This document shows, in pieces, positions 29,405 through 39,865 of a stretch of 64,000 nucleotides of DNA. Origin of the DNA: Candidatus Heimdallarchaeota archaeon (lineage in GTDB: Archaea; Asgardarchaeota; Heimdallarchaeia; JABLTI01). The stretch is from assembly GCA_018238155.1 (NCBI GenBank), contig JABCTZ010000036.1:288001-352000 (forward strand), read 5' to 3'. The notes beneath the pieces were generated by a model that did no database searches, was not told where the DNA came from, and saw nothing but the letters and a program-made list of their open reading frames with translations. A program made the position numbers and the translations under genes. Position 1 is the first letter of the stretch. Each line of letters opens with the position of its first letter.

Positions 29405-29785
29405 TTAAAATTCAATGATGTAACGACTAAATTTCAAAAACCACCCTTCGTCATTTAAAAGCTCTGAATGAAGTCCTTCGCTCAAAGTAACAATATTTGT
29501 TCCATCAACTGAAATTTCAATATCCTTTGTTGTTTCATAATTCTCTTCCAAGGCAAAGAGAAAATCATGAATAGCAGTATCAATTCCTGCAACAAAACTC
29601 TTACGGATTGTTTCTCTTTGTTCAGAAGAGAACTCCTTCAAATCTTTCTGTATTTTCTGTAACGCAGAAGGTTTCCAGTAACCTATCAATAGTTTGTCGA
29701 AGAAATCTATTGCACTATCTCTCAAATTGCTTACTAGAAATTCGCCAAATTTATCTAATATAACTTCAGAACTCATTGTACTCAA
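29405..29785 (-). CDS. hypothetical protein (126 aa)
   Basis: Intact helical ORF; no function assignable. Confidence 0.7.
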   Translation of the reverse strand: MSTMSSEVILDKFGEFLVSNLRDSAIDFFDKLLIGYWKPSALQKIQKDLKEFSSEQRETIRKSFVAGIDTAIHDFLFALEENYETTKDIEISVDGTNIVTLSEGLHSELLNDEGWFLKFSRYIIEF

Positions 29786-30043
29786 TTAAGAGTCATTTAT
29801 TGCCTATTTTAAATTCTTATTATCATTAAAATAGTACTCACATACTCTTAAGATAGGTAGTGATTGCTAGTCCTCCATAGTACATATTTGCTTTTATTGG
29901 TTGTTTTCTAGGTGTAATCATTAAATACAAAGCACAGAGTGGAGCAAATTTCAAAGTGCATCTTTTAGATTGGATTAAAAAGAGTCGTAAAATTCATTGA
30001 GGTTATCCGTGAGTTTTTTTTCCTGATTTTGTAAAATGGATTT

Positions 30044-31702
30044 TTACTCTTCAACTGAGAGAGCTAATCCATCTTTGTTTATTTTTCCATCTTTAAGATC
30101 AATAACTCGAGTGCCATCTCTAACTAAATTGATATCATGAGTTGTAATTAATAGAGTTACTTTGAAATTTCTATGCAATTCGTAAAGTTGATCCATAACA
30201 GTATCTGCAAGTTCAGAATCCATATTTGCAGTGGGTTCATCTAAAATGAGTATCCTTGGCGAACCAAATTGAGCAATAGCTAGAGAGGCTCTTTGTAATT
30301 CCCCTCCAGATATTTCTAATGGAAATGAATTTTTCCTGTGAGTGATTTGAAACTGATTAAATATGTTAGTAATCTCATTTTCAGGATAGTTATTTACTTG
30401 AATTGTTTTTCCGGCTAAAATATCTTTAACAAATAAGTTCTCTTGTACAGTCATAAATGGATGAAGTCCTCCTTGTTGAGAAACGATGCCAATATTGTTT
30501 CGTCTGAAATTTGCTCTAGCTGTATCATTGAGATTATGTAGAGGTTGGTTCAGAACGTTTACTTCACCTTCACTACTGTTAACCATGCCCGTTAGAAGTT
30601 TTATCAGCGTTGTTTTTCCAGAACCACTTGGACCAATTATGAAAGCAAATTCACCTTTAGGAATATCTAAATTAACATTAGAAATTGCTGCAACTTGAAC
30701 ATTCTTTGCCTCATAAATTTTCGACGCATTTTGGATATTGATATCAAGTTCTTTCTTCTCAAAATATTTTTCTGGTAGAGGAGCAATTTTAAGAGCTTTC
30801 TTCTTTTGCATCTCTTTTATCTCAATTCTCTTGGGAGGAATACCATCAGGGTGTTTAATAACCACTTTTGATTCTTCTGAAATCTCGAATTTCAAATTGT
30901 TACCTAGTTTCATCAATTTGAATATCTCATTAGGCAATCGTACATTTTGAGAAGAGTCTATTTGTGCGTTGAATTCCAAAGGGAAATGTTGTTTCTCAAA
31001 TTTGAAATCACCATCGGCACTAAATAAAGAGCTCACACGACCACTATGCATTTCACAGGTTTTATCAACGCCTTTTAAGAATCTTAAATCATGAGTAACT
31101 ACCAATACTGTGGTTTGATACTCTCGAGAGATTTCTCTCAGGATATCTTTAACTATTTGAGTATTGACACTGTCTAATTGACCAGTAGGTTCGTCACACA
31201 ACAGTAGGGGTGCATTTTTAGCAAGAATACAACCAATTGCTGTTCGAATCATTTCTCCACCTGACAAGAAACTAACACGTCTATTCGCTAGTTTGGACAT
31301 TTGTAATTTTTCTAGTATTTCTTTGTTTCTCCTTTTGTTTTCCGAGATATTCTTTGAACACAGACCGGCTGCAAACATTAGATTATCCATCACTGTTCCT
31401 GAAAGAAATAAAGTACGTTCTGGAAATTGATGAACCAAACCAACTGTGTTTAATCTATATGCTAACAATTCATCAAGAGTCATCTTTCCGAGTTGATACT
31501 CACCGATTCTCACTTCTCCACTTGAAATTGCTTCCATACCAGCGAAGATTTTGATTAAAGTAGATTTTCCAGAACCACTCGGACCAATTATTGATACAAG
31601 CTCGCCTTTCTTTATACGAAGATCTATTCCTCTTAAAGCAGCTACTCGAGTTTTTGTCTCTGGATCGGCATAAATCTTTATAACATCATTGCATTCAATC
31701 AC
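30044..31702 (-). CDS. LolD/MacB-type ABC ATPase with two NBDs joined by an AbrB-like domain
   Basis: NBD1 GPSGSGKS/LSGGE/CDEPT/VTHD; NBD2 GPSGSGKT/ISGGE/LDEPT/TTHD; linker IDSSQNVRLPNEI. Confidence 0.88.
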   Translation of the reverse strand: MIECNDVIKIYADPETKTRVAALRGIDLRIKKGELVSIIGPSGSGKSTLIKIFAGMEAISSGEVRIGEYQLGKMTLDELLAYRLNTVGLVHQFPERTLFLSGTVMDNLMFAAGLCSKNISENKRRNKEILEKLQMSKLANRRVSFLSGGEMIRTAIGCILAKNAPLLLCDEPTGQLDSVNTQIVKDILREISREYQTTVLVVTHDLRFLKGVDKTCEMHSGRVSSLFSADGDFKFEKQHFPLEFNAQIDSSQNVRLPNEIFKLMKLGNNLKFEISEESKVVIKHPDGIPPKRIEIKEMQKKKALKIAPLPEKYFEKKELDINIQNASKIYEAKNVQVAAISNVNLDIPKGEFAFIIGPSGSGKTTLIKLLTGMVNSSEGEVNVLNQPLHNLNDTARANFRRNNIGIVSQQGGLHPFMTVQENLFVKDILAGKTIQVNNYPENEITNIFNQFQITHRKNSFPLEISGGELQRASLAIAQFGSPRILILDEPTANMDSELADTVMDQLYELHRNFKVTLLITTHDINLVRDGTRVIDLKDGKINKDGLALSVEE

Positions 31703-31708
31703 TTTTCT

Positions 31709-34588
31709 TCACTCCTGCTTAACAGGTTTATACCTGTAGATTTTTGGTATAATCGCTAGTAGGAATCCTAGAGTAGAAATTGTTAAACCTACTAAAATAG
31801 CCACTAATACAAACCAGAATGCGATTCCTGGTTTATATGGATAAAATTCCTCTCTAATATTCAAGAATAATAGTGCAATTGGTCTTATTAACGGCAAAGA
31901 GAGTAAAATAGCAGAAATCATTGGTAATGCATTGATCAGAAGATACTCGAAAGTGAAAATACCTATCATCTGTTTTCTAATTGCACCAACACGATAAAAT
32001 GATTCAATTATTCGCACTCTTTCTTGATAAATGGTTAATCCTGTGAAGTAGCTAACAAAAAGTAAAGTAAATGATGCTATTATTGTGAAGAGGAGCAAAT
32101 TGTTACTTGTGAATTGATCAATTTTAGAGTAATAGTTGTCGAATAATTCTTCATTATCTAAAGCCGTTAAATTATATGCATTCAATTTAATTTTTATTAA
32201 CGGTAACATCGATTCATTTACAGGTTTAATCAACTTGATATTTTGAACATTAATATCAGTTGAAACACTCATCCAACCAACAACATCACGAATAGTTTCT
32301 TTTTTGCCAACAATTGAGAAAACATCCATTCCTGATACAAATAATTGTTTTTTAGGTATTGGTGTTAATGGAAAATACGAAAAGGAATTGATAAATGTTA
32401 AATTGTTTGCATAACGAGTAAATGTTTCTGTTGAGAAATATTCTCCATAATCTAAACGTTGCTTTCGAGCAAATTTTTTATTCATTAGGATAGAGGAATT
32501 ATTTTCCAATTTGAGAATGTCTTCTGCGGTTATTTTTGTACCCTTAAGGACAGACATATCACCAACTTCAATAAATTCTGAAACGTTTTCTAAAGCAAGC
32601 ATACTGATTGAAAATGATTTCGGGTAACGTAAGTCTAGATTGTCATTAGAAATAATATAGATAGCTGCTTCAGTATGTCTTTCAATTTCAGTTATGTTGT
32701 TTAGAACTTCATCCAATTCATCTCCACCATCTGACCAATTTGGAATAACTAAATTTGCTCCTGCAGTGAGCATGCTTATTTCTCCATTTAAATGCGATGA
32801 GATGGAATTATCCATTGCAGCTCCCGGTAAAATAACTAATCCGAAAATCAATGCTCCAAGCATTGCAACTTGATAATTCTTAATTCCAACTGAAAGGTGC
32901 TTGAGCGATAATGTAAATAGATTGAGTCTTTTCTTCCATAAACTAGTACTAATAATATTCCAGAAGAAAGTGATTAATCTGGCAATTAACAAGAAGACAA
33001 AAGTCATTAGAAAAGCAATGCTACAAGTTATCATGAACCAGATATACGTTAGATAAGTGATATTTGTCAGATTTGCTTCTCCCTCAGGGGTAGTTTGTTG
33101 AATTCTGAAATAGATTAAATAGAGCACTAATGAAATAATTGAAAATACTAAAGCTATAACGAATAGCTTAAATTCATTTGTGGAGAAGACTGATCTTATT
33201 TTTGTTCGTCTCAAACGATACTCTTCTGAAGTAGTTCTAGTAGTTTTTTTAGCAATTGCATTTTGGATGAAGAAACTAAGGGAGAAGAACCCAACAAAGA
33301 ATATACTCAAACTAATTACTAGTAGAGGTTCTTGCAAGAAATTAGCATAAAAATTTCCAGGTATGTCTACTACATTACCGGTAGCTAAATAACTAACACC
33401 AAAACCCAGAAGAGACCCACATATCAAACTAATTGTGGAAAAGAGAAAATTCTCAAGAAGAACCATACCTCTAATAGTACGGTAACTAAGGCCATACAAT
33501 TTCATTCGACGGAAGATTGTTTCTAATTCACTCGAGCCAATATTCAATGTTATTACACTTAACAATCCAATAATAAATAACAATGGAGCATTAATTGTTA
33601 AAATATTAGTTGTTTTTATTGCCCATAATTCACCAAAATCAATAAAGGCTACTTTCAAATCAGGACACAATTCAATGAAATTTTGCAAGATTTGAGAGGA
33701 AGCAAGAGAATTTCCTTTTGGTAATCCATTAATAATTTCGTTTAAATCATTGAGCTTCAGTGCAGAGCAATCATAATTAATATCTACTAAATGAGTAATA
33801 ACACCTGAATAGAAGGGGATGTTATTTGCTAATTCTTGAAATAAAGTTGTATTCGTTATGAATGTGTTATATTTGAAGTAATTGTAAAAGTCAAAGATAC
33901 TATCAAATGACCAATCAAAAATGTCTGCGGAAAGACTGGCATTGAGAAAAACCTCTTCAACATTTGCTAGAATACCAACGACTGTTAAATTGACCGTGTT
34001 TGCATGGAAATCTGTAAGAGGATAGAATGGTATTGTTTGATTTATTGTATAATTATATGCAGGATCATGATTGTAAACTACTAGTTCAGAAGCATTTTGG
34101 GGGAGTCTTCCAGATATAACACTCTTATTTAATATTTGAAAAGCAACATTATCAAGAGCCATGATCTCATGATTAATCCAAGGCTCACCACCTGTAAAAG
34201 GATCATGAATATAGATTTCAGCACTAATAGCTGATGTAATATTATCAACTAAAATATTTGGTATATATTCTTCAACTTTTGATAGGAACTCTGCTGTTAC
34301 ATTTTCCATAAGAAAATCGGGGATTCGAAATTGACTGGATCTAATATAATTAGTTCCTACACTGATTTTTCCATCATCATTCCAGTTGTAATTATCATTA
34401 TATGTTTGGAATACATTAAATCTATAAGTATAGACTACCATTACTAAACTTGTGACTGCAAGAAAAATAAGCGTTCCACATATAATTGAAAGAACAATTC
34501 TCTTTTGCCCTGTTTTAAGGAACATTTTAAATAATTGCTTTCTAGAAAAATTGTTGCTAATTTTTATTGGTGCTTCATCCGTGGACAT
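31709..34588 (-). CDS. FtsX/MacB-like ABC permease (duplicated)
   Basis: GRLP...E periplasmic core; MKLYGLS and ER.R.IESFYRVGA FtsX motifs; adjacent to the ATPase. Confidence 0.8.
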   Translation of the reverse strand: MSTDEAPIKISNNFSRKQLFKMFLKTGQKRIVLSIICGTLIFLAVTSLVMVVYTYRFNVFQTYNDNYNWNDDGKISVGTNYIRSSQFRIPDFLMENVTAEFLSKVEEYIPNILVDNITSAISAEIYIHDPFTGGEPWINHEIMALDNVAFQILNKSVISGRLPQNASELVVYNHDPAYNYTINQTIPFYPLTDFHANTVNLTVVGILANVEEVFLNASLSADIFDWSFDSIFDFYNYFKYNTFITNTTLFQELANNIPFYSGVITHLVDINYDCSALKLNDLNEIINGLPKGNSLASSQILQNFIELCPDLKVAFIDFGELWAIKTTNILTINAPLLFIIGLLSVITLNIGSSELETIFRRMKLYGLSYRTIRGMVLLENFLFSTISLICGSLLGFGVSYLATGNVVDIPGNFYANFLQEPLLVISLSIFFVGFFSLSFFIQNAIAKKTTRTTSEEYRLRRTKIRSVFSTNEFKLFVIALVFSIISLVLYLIYFRIQQTTPEGEANLTNITYLTYIWFMITCSIAFLMTFVFLLIARLITFFWNIISTSLWKKRLNLFTLSLKHLSVGIKNYQVAMLGALIFGLVILPGAAMDNSISSHLNGEISMLTAGANLVIPNWSDGGDELDEVLNNITEIERHTEAAIYIISNDNLDLRYPKSFSISMLALENVSEFIEVGDMSVLKGTKITAEDILKLENNSSILMNKKFARKQRLDYGEYFSTETFTRYANNLTFINSFSYFPLTPIPKKQLFVSGMDVFSIVGKKETIRDVVGWMSVSTDINVQNIKLIKPVNESMLPLIKIKLNAYNLTALDNEELFDNYYSKIDQFTSNNLLLFTIIASFTLLFVSYFTGLTIYQERVRIIESFYRVGAIRKQMIGIFTFEYLLINALPMISAILLSLPLIRPIALLFLNIREEFYPYKPGIAFWFVLVAILVGLTISTLGFLLAIIPKIYRYKPVKQE

Positions 34589-34667
34589 ATTATTCCTTCC
34601 AGAAATACCTACAAACTATTTTTTAAATCATCTTTTGGGTTTATAAGCATTCATCAAGCTCTATTAT

Positions 34668-34687
34668 CTTGAGAACACGTTCTCAAG
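34668..34687. promoter_or_regulatory. perfect palindrome upstream of the ABC exporter operon
   Basis: CTTGAGAAC-AC-GTTCTCAAG, about 20 nt upstream of a minus-strand CTTATAAA (34640-34647). Confidence 0.55.
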
Positions 34688-34798
34688 CAGATAGGATTAT
34701 CATTCTTATTTTTCAATTATTAATAGAAAATAAATCAATTCAAGAAAAAAGGAGTAAAACTAAATAGAAAAATAAAAAAAGAAAGGAACAAGTCCTTT

Positions 34799-36898
34799 CT
34801 AAGTGTTTTTTACTTGTCTGTTTTTCTTGTAAAGTGCAAAAGCACCTATTGCAATTAAACCAAATGTACTAACAAAAATGGTAAATCCATTGATAAAACC
34901 TGGTGGTTCAGTACTCAATGAAAGTTTAAATGAACCCTGTCCATCGAAAGAATAGATATAAATGATATAGGTAACGGACTCAGATATAGTCAAAGTAATT
35001 GAATCTGAATCACCAACTTCTTCTGAACAATCAATTTCAATAAATGTTTCAGTCATTACATGCAAGTCAAAATCGACATAGTCACTATCATAGGTTAATT
35101 GTAAATAATATTCACCCGGAGTATCGAAAGTATATTGATAATAATGATTATATGTTTGTATAAAGTGATCATTCTCATCTCCTAATTGAGTTCCACTACT
35201 ACCTGTTACACTTTCCTCCATCGTTAAGGTGGTAAGAGTAATTTCATTAATTGTTAAATCGTAAGAGGATGCAACAAACCCCTTCACCTTAATAACATAG
35301 GTTCCCGGTTGGAAGTGTAATTGAATAGTTTCTGTGTGACCATCTTCAGGGTTGTATAGTTGACTAAAACCAAATAAAGTTAAATCAAACCCACCATAGA
35401 GTGTCAGATCTGCATCACCATTGGCTATAGTTGCAGAAATTTCGTAAATTCCATAGGTAGGGATGAAAAATTGATAGTAGTGATCTTCATCTTCTGCAAT
35501 AGATTGCATTTCAGTAGTAGTACCGAGTTCTAGAACATCATATGGTAAAACTCGTTCTCCAAAACCAGCTGTATAGAACTCATCTAGAAATTCATCCCAG
35601 AGAGTGTCACTTTGCCAATCTAACAAAGCATAGCTGTCTGTAACATCAAGATAATCTTGAATATATGGTTCATAAACAGGTGTATTCACAGACATGAAAA
35701 TTGTTATTCCATTAGCATTTGAAGAATAGCAGCTATGTTGATAGTTATCCACTATTAAATCTGCAAGAGCATATAGAAGATTGGTTGCACTAGTATCTAA
35801 AAGAGGATATGTTGTCATCAATGTAGAATTTGCTTGAATGTTTTCTATAAAATGGACTAAGTCAACAATAAAATAATTATAAAAGAATTGGTTTTCTATG
35901 AAAGCGGCATTTATTCCTCCTCCATACCCATCAGTTAAGACTGTAGAAAGATTACCGGCAAAATTATTTATTTCTTGTACTACAAGATCCATAATACTGA
36001 GATTAATCGTTGAGAGTGAAGTGTACTTGACAGGTGGGCTGCTGTAATAATTTTCATAACTGTCTACAATAAGGGTTGATAAAGTAATTGCATTCATAGT
36101 AGGTGTAGTATCAAGTGAAGAAATAATTGGTGCATAATCAAAACCTGCAAATGGTATAGAATCTTCAGAAGCAATAAAGTAATCAGCTTGATCTTTAAAT
36201 TCATAAGCAACTTCGATCATATTCATAAAACAAGCATCATGTGAAATGATATCAAAGGTTCTGCTGTGCTCATCAATATTAGTTTGAATTGCTACTTGCA
36301 TTTCGTCCATGGTAAGTCTATCAGCTGAAGCACTTTCATCCCAACAAATACCATCAATACCTCCACCATGATCCCAGATATTTAACCAGTACCTACTAGA
36401 ATTGTAATTTGTGAAACAATAGTCTATAAAATACTCTAATGTTTCCCCATTAGCCATGTTAAGCTCTCCTTCATCACTAAGTAAGGTGGAAGCTATTGTT
36501 GAGGTGCTATCTGAAACAATTTCGTAAATTCGGGTTCCTGTCCAATCACCATTTGATATATCATAACCATCAGCTCTATCTATTAGAACAATAACTTTGA
36601 TGTCGGTACTTGAACCGAGTCCAAGCTCCAATTCATTAAAGTCCTCAATTGCTACTTCTTCCAGATCATTATCTCCATCTAGATAAACCAGTACAACCCA
36701 TTCATAATCATAAGAAGTGGTACTTACACTTTGCTGTGAAGGTAAGCTTTCTTGTGAAGTGATTTGGTCATTTTGCACTCGTCCCTGATTTAGTAATAAA
36801 TTTGATGAACTAAACAACAATAATAAAATAAATGGCAGAATAAGTAATATATCCATTTTATGAATCTTTTTGACTTTTTTAATAAAAGAATTTAACAA
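34799..36898 (-). CDS. surface-anchored clostripain-family (C11) cysteine protease with PPC-like domains
   Basis: Signal peptide; YLDGDNDLE, WDHGGG (His), SHDACFM (Cys), ASE; DADL/DFDL beta-sandwich repeats; C-terminal PGF..GF-TM-basic anchor. Confidence 0.9.
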   Translation of the reverse strand: MLNSFIKKVKKIHKMDILLILPFILLLLFSSSNLLLNQGRVQNDQITSQESLPSQQSVSTTSYDYEWVVLVYLDGDNDLEEVAIEDFNELELGLGSSTDIKVIVLIDRADGYDISNGDWTGTRIYEIVSDSTSTIASTLLSDEGELNMANGETLEYFIDYCFTNYNSSRYWLNIWDHGGGIDGICWDESASADRLTMDEMQVAIQTNIDEHSRTFDIISHDACFMNMIEVAYEFKDQADYFIASEDSIPFAGFDYAPIISSLDTTPTMNAITLSTLIVDSYENYYSSPPVKYTSLSTINLSIMDLVVQEINNFAGNLSTVLTDGYGGGINAAFIENQFFYNYFIVDLVHFIENIQANSTLMTTYPLLDTSATNLLYALADLIVDNYQHSCYSSNANGITIFMSVNTPVYEPYIQDYLDVTDSYALLDWQSDTLWDEFLDEFYTAGFGERVLPYDVLELGTTTEMQSIAEDEDHYYQFFIPTYGIYEISATIANGDADLTLYGGFDLTLFGFSQLYNPEDGHTETIQLHFQPGTYVIKVKGFVASSYDLTINEITLTTLTMEESVTGSSGTQLGDENDHFIQTYNHYYQYTFDTPGEYYLQLTYDSDYVDFDLHVMTETFIEIDCSEEVGDSDSITLTISESVTYIIYIYSFDGQGSFKLSLSTEPPGFINGFTIFVSTFGLIAIGAFALYKKNRQVKNT

Positions 36899-37066
36899 AT
36901 TTGTATCTCCTAAATATTAACTTTAAACCTAAAAATTAATTAGAAATCATCTCTATTAAACATATACATCTTAGCATTACTTTTTGATCTCAAATGATTT
37001 TCATAGTAAGAATTATTGATTCAAAAAATCTTTTTTTAGAAAGAGAAAAAAGAAAAAATAATGTTA

Positions 37067-37102
37067 TTGTTGTAGATTTGTTATTATTCCCCTCTACAAC
37101 AA
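37067..37102 (-). terminator. hairpin followed by T-tracts downstream of the small secreted peptide gene
   Basis: TTGTTGTAGA...TCTACAACAA 10-bp stem; minus-strand T-runs at about 37043-37058. Confidence 0.45.
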
Positions 37103-37143
37103 ATATAACGATTAATTAGTAATTTTGATTTAACAACTAGAAA

Positions 37144-37377
37144 TTAATTTTGTGAAAACCATACCGACTCTTGAATCAATATTGAATTAGTTCCTGGTGG
37201 TTTTGGGTCTACTTCTGGCTCTGGATTTAATCCTGGTCCAGGACTATTGCCACGATCATCTCCTCCACTTTCCGCAGGTGGGTCACTTGTTACCGGAGAA
37301 ATTAATTGACTGCTTGTGATGGCAATGAATCCCATTATTAATACAAGGCTTAATGCTATTTTTGCTTTGTTTTTCAT
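37144..37377 (-). CDS. small secreted Pro/Gly/Asp-rich peptide (77 aa)
   Basis: ATG at 37377 gives signal peptide MKNKAKIALSLVLIMGFIAITSSQLISPVTS, then DPPAESGGDDRGNSPGPG...SVWFSQN. Confidence 0.7.
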   Translation of the reverse strand: MKNKAKIALSLVLIMGFIAITSSQLISPVTSDPPAESGGDDRGNSPGPGLNPEPEVDPKPPGTNSILIQESVWFSQN

Positions 37378-37429
37378 TTTAATCAACTTTTGTTTAGTTT
37401 TTTTTAACAATAGTTTAATATAGTTTGAG

Positions 37430-37450
37430 TTATTTGTCAAAGACAAATAA
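37430..37450. promoter_or_regulatory. perfect palindrome between the peptide gene and the divergent regulator
   Basis: TTATTTGTC-AAA-GACAAATAA, just upstream of a minus-strand TATATTAAA (37414-37422). Confidence 0.55.
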
Positions 37451-37523
37451 TATTTATATCAATAATATTAATAATCTAATATAAAAGTTATTCCTTATGA
37501 CTTAAACTTGAGGGTTCAATTGA

Positions 37524-38978
37524 GTGAGTACAAAAAACAAAAAAACGATAAAGATATCTCATCTAATGATAAAAGCTCCAGAGAGATATCAAGAGAAAGA
37601 TTACTCTAAACTCACTTTAAAACAATTTGAAAAATTAATGCCTAAAGAAGTACCACGAATAATAAAAGAAGATATAGCGTTATATTTCAATTACTTAAAT
37701 AATAATAGAAGCAAAAAAAGCTTGAAGCAATGGGAAACAGCTTCAGGATGTAAAGAGTCACCAAGTAGTTACAAAGCAGAGAACTATCGACCAATTTTTT
37801 CATTTCTGGACTATGATCGAATCACTGAGGGTCTCTTCTTACCTTTATTATTGAATAAAATAGATATTGCTACAGGAAACCATGGGGAAGATATGACTAT
37901 AGATGAATTTAATCAATTATGTCGCTCAACCCTTATTGGTTTTAAACCAAAAATCGATTCTTTCGATTTGAAAATATTACAAGCACTGTCAAAAGATCCA
38001 TCTATGGTCACTCAAACATTGACTAATGAAATCGGTCATTCATATGCAGCTGTTTATCATCATTTACAAAGCTTGAAAGGAAAAATGGGTTTAAGAATAA
38101 CTACTCGAGTGAATTGGGCAAAACTGGGTGTCCAGAGAATATTTCTTATTTCTGACGAAGAAAAGAGCTTGCAGACATTTAAAGAATTTAAACCATTTTT
38201 AGATGGTAAATCATCATTCCTCTGGGGAGGAACATATTATCTACATTATTATCTTTTGCGAAGTGAAATCAGAGATACATTCATAAAAAAATACCTAGGC
38301 TTATCGGAAAATCAAAAACAAAAAATGAAGCTATACGAACTATCTGCTGCACCAATATCCGGTTATAATTTTGATCTGTATAATTTAGATGAACAGAAGT
38401 GGGACTTTGATTTTGCTTCAACATTTCTAAAATCAAAAGTAAAAAAAATCGTCAAGGAAGATATTCGCGAACTTTTCTTAGATACATTCCCACCAGATAC
38501 TCTTTATGAATTGAATGAGTTAGAACAAAAAATAGTTAGTGAATTAGTAGCTAGTTATGCACTTGCACAAAAGGAAATTGCTAGTTCATTAGGAATTCAT
38601 CCTCCAAATTTATCAATAATTAAAAGCAAATTACAGAAAGATGCAATAGTTAAACCACAACTAATGGTGACAACATTTTTACCTCTTTATTGTATTTTAT
38701 GGTGTAGCTCTCATGAACAAAAAATTATTGATACACTGATTTCCTTGATGGATAAAATCCCTTATGCAAATATTTCTCCTGTTAATTCTCCTAAAGATAA
38801 GAAAACAAAACAACTAATTTGTATTCTACTTTTAGATGATGTTCTATACTACAGCCTTGTAACTTTCTTGATGAATTTGGTGAAAGAAAATCGATTGGAA
38901 GATTTTCGAATGGGGTTAATTACTGATGCTTATTTTAGCATGTCAAAGATAAGTGATGTATTAAATAAAGAAATTTAA
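37524..38978 (+). CDS. tandem Lrp/AsnC-type winged-helix transcriptional regulator
   Basis: Two HTHs: IDSFDLKILQAL...IGHSYAAVYHHLQSL and LNELEQKIVSEL...QKEIASSLGIHPPNLS...L. Confidence 0.75.
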   Translation: MSTKNKKTIKISHLMIKAPERYQEKDYSKLTLKQFEKLMPKEVPRIIKEDIALYFNYLNNNRSKKSLKQWETASGCKESPSSYKAENYRPIFSFLDYDRITEGLFLPLLLNKIDIATGNHGEDMTIDEFNQLCRSTLIGFKPKIDSFDLKILQALSKDPSMVTQTLTNEIGHSYAAVYHHLQSLKGKMGLRITTRVNWAKLGVQRIFLISDEEKSLQTFKEFKPFLDGKSSFLWGGTYYLHYYLLRSEIRDTFIKKYLGLSENQKQKMKLYELSAAPISGYNFDLYNLDEQKWDFDFASTFLKSKVKKIVKEDIRELFLDTFPPDTLYELNELEQKIVSELVASYALAQKEIASSLGIHPPNLSIIKSKLQKDAIVKPQLMVTTFLPLYCILWCSSHEQKIIDTLISLMDKIPYANISPVNSPKDKKTKQLICILLLDDVLYYSLVTFLMNLVKENRLEDFRMGLITDAYFSMSKISDVLNKEI

Positions 38979-39025
38979 AGGAATTAACTCATTCAATTTG
39001 GCATTTATTGAATGAAGAACTGTTT

Positions 39026-39865
39026 TTATTTCATTGAATCAAATTCATCAATATTTAATGTTTCAAGCTTTGTGTTCAGTTTTGCTAAATGATTAACAGC
39101 ATCATTGTAGTTATTCATACTATGCTGTAATTGAATCATACCTGTTCTCATTTGTTCAATAACTTCTCTTAAACCATGATTAACTTTCATTTGAAAGTCA
39201 CCAAATCTACAGGCAGCGCTATTTAATTTGATAAATCGATGTTGCATATTTATCATGAAAATAGTACTAAGCAAACCACTTGTATTTGTTGGAACAACAC
39301 CCATCTTTGCAAGCACCTGATATGTTGTTCCAGAAAGCACTCCATAAACAAAATCTGGGATGTACATTAAAACAAAATCAGTAGTTTCATGCGAATCAGT
39401 ATATTTGACAATTTCTTTTGCTCTCCTGATTACTTTTTTGTTCAATCCATCTATGGCTAATTTATCTAGTTGGAGTCCTTCATTTTCTTCGAAACCACTT
39501 GGTAAGATAAATTTACTGTCTATAGGAATTAACAAATCACTATTTGGTAATCTAACAACAAAATCAATTCTTCCTGAAATATCAGGTGGTTGGTATTGGG
39601 TTTTAACGGAATCATTTGGTAAATTTGAGAGTAATATCTCAACAATATTCTCTCCAAAACCACCTTTTGCTGTTGGTTTCATTTTAAGCAGATCAAAGAA
39701 TTTCTGCATCTCTCGAGTTGTTTGGTCTACTGCAAATTGCATTTGCTTTGAATACGTATTTGCTTCTCCCTTCTTTTTACTTTGAATGAATATTTGGTAA
39801 AAAACACTCACTAACCCTAACAAACAAGCTATCGAGATTAAAATGTACAACAATACATCTGCCAT
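39026..39865 (-). CDS. rmuC: RmuC-family PD-(D/E)xK protein
   Basis: N-terminal TM; KGGFGE, RIDFVVRLP, IPIDSKF, TTDFVLMYIP. Confidence 0.85.
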   Translation of the reverse strand: MADVLLYILISIACLLGLVSVFYQIFIQSKKKGEANTYSKQMQFAVDQTTREMQKFFDLLKMKPTAKGGFGENIVEILLSNLPNDSVKTQYQPPDISGRIDFVVRLPNSDLLIPIDSKFILPSGFEENEGLQLDKLAIDGLNKKVIRRAKEIVKYTDSHETTDFVLMYIPDFVYGVLSGTTYQVLAKMGVVPTNTSGLLSTIFMINMQHRFIKLNSAACRFGDFQMKVNHGLREVIEQMRTGMIQLQHSMNNYNDAVNHLAKLNTKLETLNIDEFDSMK

